Shown piece after piece: positions 21,669 to 24,994 of a DNA stretch of 24,994 nucleotides; positions within the stretch are counted from its first letter, which is position 1, and each line of letters opens with the position of its first letter. The stretch lies in contig DASYQW010000119.1 of the NCBI GenBank assembly GCA_036005065.1, positions 1 to 24,994 of the forward strand. The letters are read 5' to 3'. The position numbers were made by a program, and so were the translations under genes. The notes beneath the pieces were generated by a model that was not told the DNA's origin, ran no database searches, and was given only the letters and a program-made list of their open reading frames with translations. Source of the DNA: Candidatus Methylomirabilota bacterium (GTDB lineage: Bacteria; Methylomirabilota; Methylomirabilia; Rokubacteriales; DASRDR01).

Positions 21669-22532
21669 GTGACGGCCGAGATCGTCGTCCAGAGCCTCGT
21701 CTCCGGCCTCCTGATGGGCTTCGTCTACGCCCTGATCGCGGCGGGCCTCTCCCTGATCTTCGGCCTCATGGAGATCGTGAACTTCGCCCACGGCGAGTTC
21801 CTCATGCTCGCCATGTTCGCCACCTTCTGGGCGTGGACCCTGGGGCACCTCGACCCGCTGGTCGCGCTGCCGGGCTCGACCGCGCTCCTCTTCCTCCTGG
21901 GCGTCGTCGTCTACAAGGGCGTCATCAGCCGGATCCTGGCCGCCCCGATGCTGGCCCAGGTGTTCGCCACCTTCGGGCTGGCCGTCTTTCTGCGCAGCGC
22001 CGCCCAGTTCCTCTGGACGCCCGACTTCCGGCTCGTCCAGAACCCGTGGGTGAGCGGGCGGCTCTCCCTGTTCGGGATCTTCGTGGGCACCCCGCAGCTC
22101 ACGGCGGCGCTGGCCGCCCTGGCCGCGTTCGGGCTCCTCTACTGGTTCATCACGCGGACCGAGACCGGGTTGGCCCTCCAGGCGACGGCCCAGGACCGGC
22201 AGGCGGCCGCCCTCATGGGGATCGACACCGAGCGGATGTTCGCGCTGGGCTGGGGCATCGGGGCGGCCTGCGTGGGCGTCTCGGGCGCGCTCCTGGTCAA
22301 CTTCTTCTATGTCTTCCCGGACGTGGGGAGCGTCTTCGCGCTCCTCGCCTACGTGACGGTGGCCCTGGGCGGCTTCGGCAACGTCCCGGCCACCCTGGCG
22401 GCCGGCGTGCTGGTCGGGCTGGTGGAGGTCCTGGTCGGCCTCTGGGCGCCGGCCTTCAAGTACGTCGGGGTCTTCGGCCTGTACCTGGCGGTGGTGGTCT
22501 GGCGGCCCCAGGGCCTGTTCGGGAAATTTTGA
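21669..22532 (+). CDS. livH: Branched-chain amino acid ABC transporter permease LivH
   Basis: Taken from ORF 21591..22532. The first 26 aa of the track ORF (His/Arg-rich) look non-coding. The likely start is GTG 21669 (VTAEIVVQSLVSGLLMGFVYALIAAGLSLIFG is a typical LivH N-terminus). The stop TGA 22530-32 overlaps the livM ATG. Confidence 0.8.
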   Translation: MTAEIVVQSLVSGLLMGFVYALIAAGLSLIFGLMEIVNFAHGEFLMLAMFATFWAWTLGHLDPLVALPGSTALLFLLGVVVYKGVISRILAAPMLAQVFATFGLAVFLRSAAQFLWTPDFRLVQNPWVSGRLSLFGIFVGTPQLTAALAALAAFGLLYWFITRTETGLALQATAQDRQAAALMGIDTERMFALGWGIGAACVGVSGALLVNFFYVFPDVGSVFALLAYVTVALGGFGNVPATLAAGVLVGLVEVLVGLWAPAFKYVGVFGLYLAVVVWRPQGLFGKF

Positions 22533-23539
22533 TGCGTGCGCGCCGGCTCCGGGTTGCGCTCGGGGTCGCGCTCGGCCTGGCGCTGCTCGCCTACCCCGCC
22601 GTCTTCACCCGCCCCTACCCGCGCGACATCATGATCAAGATCTTCCTCTACGCGCTGCTCGCCCAGGCGTGGAACCTGCTCGGGGGCTACTGCGGCCAGA
22701 TCTCGCTCGGCAACGCGGTCTTCTTCGGGATCGGCGCCTACACCTCCTCGGCGCTCCTCATGCGGTGGGAGCTCTCGCCGTGGCTGGGGATGCTGGCCGG
22801 CATGGGCCTGGCCGTCCTGGTCTCCCAGGCCATCGGCTTCCCCTGCTTCCGGCTCCGCGGCCACTACTTCGCGATCGCCACCATCGCCATCGGCGAGATC
22901 GTGCAGACCATCATGATCAACTGGGACGCCCTCGGGGGCGCCCGGGGGCTGTCGCTCCCGATCAAGCCGGAGACCTTCGTCAACTTCCAGTTCCACCGGG
23001 CCAAGTGGCCGTACTACTACATCGCGCTCGGACTCTTCGCGTGCGTGTTCGCGCTGACCGCGCTGGTCGAGCGCTCCCGCCCGGGCTACTACTTCCGCGC
23101 GATCCGCGAGGACGCGGACGCCGCATCCAGCCTCGGGATCCCGCTCGCCCGCTACAAGCTGGCAGCCATCGCCCTGTCGGCGGCCTTCACCGCGCTGGGC
23201 GGCTCGTTCTACGCCCAGTACGTCCTGTTCATCGACCCCGAGTCGGTCTTCCCGCTGTCGCTGTCGATCTTGATCTGCCTGGTCGCCGTCCTCGGCGGGG
23301 TGGGAACGCTGTGGGGGCCCTTCCTGGGCGCGGTCATCCTGATCCCGCTCTCCGAGGCCACCCGCGTCTACTTCGGCGGCACCGGCAAGGCCGTCGACCT
23401 CATGATCTATGGCGCCCTCATCGTCCTGGTCGCCGTCTTCCAGCCGGCCGGGCTGGCGGGGCTCCTCGGCCGCCTGGGGCGCGGAGGGCGGAGGCCGTCG
23501 GCGCCGCTGCCGGCCGCGGCGCGGGCGGGCACCGGATGA
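22532..23539 (+). CDS. livM: Branched-chain amino acid ABC transporter permease LivM
   Basis: Embedded in the 568-aa ORF 21833..23539. ATG at 22532 (MRARRLRVALGVALGLALLAYP...) overlaps the livH stop (TGATG). Carries the LivM-type motif NLLGGYCGQISLGNAVFFGIGAY. The stop overlaps the livG ATG (ATGA at 23536-39). Confidence 0.85.
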   Translation: MRARRLRVALGVALGLALLAYPAVFTRPYPRDIMIKIFLYALLAQAWNLLGGYCGQISLGNAVFFGIGAYTSSALLMRWELSPWLGMLAGMGLAVLVSQAIGFPCFRLRGHYFAIATIAIGEIVQTIMINWDALGGARGLSLPIKPETFVNFQFHRAKWPYYYIALGLFACVFALTALVERSRPGYYFRAIREDADAASSLGIPLARYKLAAIALSAAFTALGGSFYAQYVLFIDPESVFPLSLSILICLVAVLGGVGTLWGPFLGAVILIPLSEATRVYFGGTGKAVDLMIYGALIVLVAVFQPAGLAGLLGRLGRGGRRPSAPLPAAARAGTG

Positions 23540-24258
23540 GCCTCCTGGAGGTCCGGGGCGTGACCAAGCGGTTCGGCGGCGTCATCGCCAACGCCGACGT
23601 CTCGTTCAGCGTGGGCCCCGGCGAGATCGTCGGCGTCATCGGGCCGAACGGCGCCGGCAAGTCCACGCTCTTCGACGTCATCACCGGGTTCTACCGGCCC
23701 GATGCGGGCGAGATCCGCCTCGAGGGCACGCCGATCACCGGGCTCCGCCCGGACCAGATCAACCGGCGGGGCGTCGGCCGCACCTTCCAGAAGCTCCGGC
23801 CGTTCGCGGGCATGACCGCGCTGGAGAACGTCACCGTCGGCGCGCTCCTCCACGACCCCGACCCCCGGTCAGCCCGCGACGCCGCCCGCCGGTGCCTCGC
23901 GCTGGTGGGGCTCACGGACAAGGCCGAGGCCTTCGGCCGGGAGCTCTCCACCGGGCAGCGGAAGCGGCTCGAGATGGCGCGCGCGATGGCCACCCGCCCG
24001 CGCCTCCTCCTCCTCGACGAGGTGACGGGCGGCGTCGATCAGCGCTCGATCCCCGCGCTCGTCGAGCTCATCGGCCGCCTGCGCGACGAGGGGGTCACCC
24101 TGGTGGTCATCGAGCACAACATGCGGGTCATCATGAGCGCGGCCACCCGCATCGTCGCGCTCCACCTCGGCCAGAAGATCGCCGACGGGGCGCCGGCCGA
24201 GGTCGTCCGGAACCGGGCGCTCATCGAGGCCTACCTCGGCGCCGCCTACGCGTCGTGA
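23536..24258 (+). CDS. livG: Branched-chain amino acid ABC transporter ATP-binding protein LivG
   Basis: Within ORF 22669..24258, starting at ATG 23536 (MSLLEVRGVTKRFGG...). Walker A GPNGAGKST, ABC signature LSTGQRKRLEMARA, Walker B LLLLDEV. Confidence 0.9.
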   Translation: MSLLEVRGVTKRFGGVIANADVSFSVGPGEIVGVIGPNGAGKSTLFDVITGFYRPDAGEIRLEGTPITGLRPDQINRRGVGRTFQKLRPFAGMTALENVTVGALLHDPDPRSARDAARRCLALVGLTDKAEAFGRELSTGQRKRLEMARAMATRPRLLLLDEVTGGVDQRSIPALVELIGRLRDEGVTLVVIEHNMRVIMSAATRIVALHLGQKIADGAPAEVVRNRALIEAYLGAAYAS

Positions 24259-24281
24259 GCACTGGACCGGACGCCGGCCCG

Positions 24282-24989
24282 ATGCTCCGCGTCGAGGGTC
24301 TGAGCGTCGCCTATGGGGACTTCCAGGTCCTCTGGGACGTCTCGCTCCGCGTCGACGAGGGCGAGATCGTCGCGCTCCTCGGCCCCAACGGCGCCGGCAA
24401 GTCGACCATTCTCAACACGGTCTCCGGGCTGGTCGCGCCGCGGGACGGGCGGATCGAGTTCCGCGGCCGCCCGCTCGATCGCCTGCCCGCCCACCGGCGG
24501 GTCGCCGAGGGGCTGGCCCACGTCCTGGAGCGGCGGCGACTCTTCCCCTACCTCACCGTCCGTCAGAACCTGCTCCTCGGCGCCTATTCCGGCGAGGCCC
24601 GCCGGCATCGCCCCGCGACGCTCGACTGGGTCGAGTCCCTGTTCCCGATCCTACGCCCCCGCCAGGACCAGCTGGCGCACACCCTCTCCGGCGGCGAGCA
24701 GCAGATGGTGGCCATCGCCCGGGGGCTGATGTCGCGGCCGCGCTTCCTGATGGTGGACGAGCCCACCCTGGGTCTGGCGCCGCGTGTCGTGGCCGAGATC
24801 CTGGAGGTCCTGCGCCAGATCAACCGGACCGACGGCATCACCGTGCTGTTCATCGAGCAGAACGTCCAGCTCGCGCTCTCGCTCGCCCACCGGGGGTACA
24901 TCTTGGAGTCCGGCCACGTCCTGCTCGACGGCGCGGCCGCGGCCCTCCTCGCCTCCGACGAGGTGAAGAAGGTCTTCCTCGGGTTGTGA
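24282..24989 (+). CDS. livF: Branched-chain amino acid ABC transporter ATP-binding protein LivF
   Basis: Within ORF 23409..24989, starting at ATG 24282 (MLRVEGLSVAYGDFQVLWDVSL...). Walker A GPNGAGKST, signature LSGGEQQMVAIARGL, Walker B FLMVDEP. Ends ...KKVFLGL. Confidence 0.9.
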   Translation: MLRVEGLSVAYGDFQVLWDVSLRVDEGEIVALLGPNGAGKSTILNTVSGLVAPRDGRIEFRGRPLDRLPAHRRVAEGLAHVLERRRLFPYLTVRQNLLLGAYSGEARRHRPATLDWVESLFPILRPRQDQLAHTLSGGEQQMVAIARGLMSRPRFLMVDEPTLGLAPRVVAEILEVLRQINRTDGITVLFIEQNVQLALSLAHRGYILESGHVLLDGAAAALLASDEVKKVFLGL

Positions 24990-24994
24990 GCCGG

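Noticed and set aside
1-24994. CRISPR arrays, tRNA/rRNA genes, transposases, integrases, toxin-antitoxin pairs
   Set aside because: I looked for regularly spaced direct repeats, cloverleaf-like conserved tRNA boxes, and DDE or tyrosine-recombinase motifs in all six frames, and saw none. The only repeats are the ones listed above.

Overview
This is a high-GC bacterial chromosomal segment, roughly 70% GC by eye, with very strong GC3 codon bias. I recognised no rRNA, tRNA, CRISPR array, transposase or integrase.

Most of the window (147..18731) is a single minus-strand respiratory array whose genes are tightly coupled, several by 4-nt ATGA or GTGA stop/start overlaps. Read 5' to 3' on the minus strand it contains:
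- a cytochrome bd-like (CydA-superfamily) membrane protein;
- a membrane-anchored diheme cytochrome c;
- a large triheme cytochrome c with an EB_dh-like domain;
- a type-1 copper cupredoxin;
- a strong internal sigma70-like promoter, then the aa3-type heme-copper oxidase ctaC-ctaD and the heme O/A synthesis genes ctaA-ctaB;
- a 45-aa ORF absent from the ORF track, two subunit III paralogs, subunit IV and a DUF983 zinc-ribbon membrane protein;
- an unusual distal module: a tandem-Usp/PCP_red/zinc-ribbon protein, an AhbD/NirJ-like radical-SAM/SPASM enzyme fused to a PCP_red domain, a 4-TM protein, a protein built almost entirely of PCP_red repeats, and an Mrp/ApbC Fe-S carrier ATPase;
- the N-terminus of a TPP-dependent enzyme, cut by the window edge.

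The plus-strand part (18923..24989) holds an NfeD-flotillin pair, a hypothetical protein with a beta-carbonic-anhydrase-like Cys...HxxC signature, and livHMGF without a substrate-binding protein in the window.

The most interesting signal is that three adjacent genes carry at least ten copies of the PCP_red (BchB C-terminal) repeat. They sit next to a heme-type radical-SAM enzyme and an Fe-S carrier, directly downstream of the heme A synthesis genes and two oxidases. This looks like an undescribed tetrapyrrole handling or modification module.
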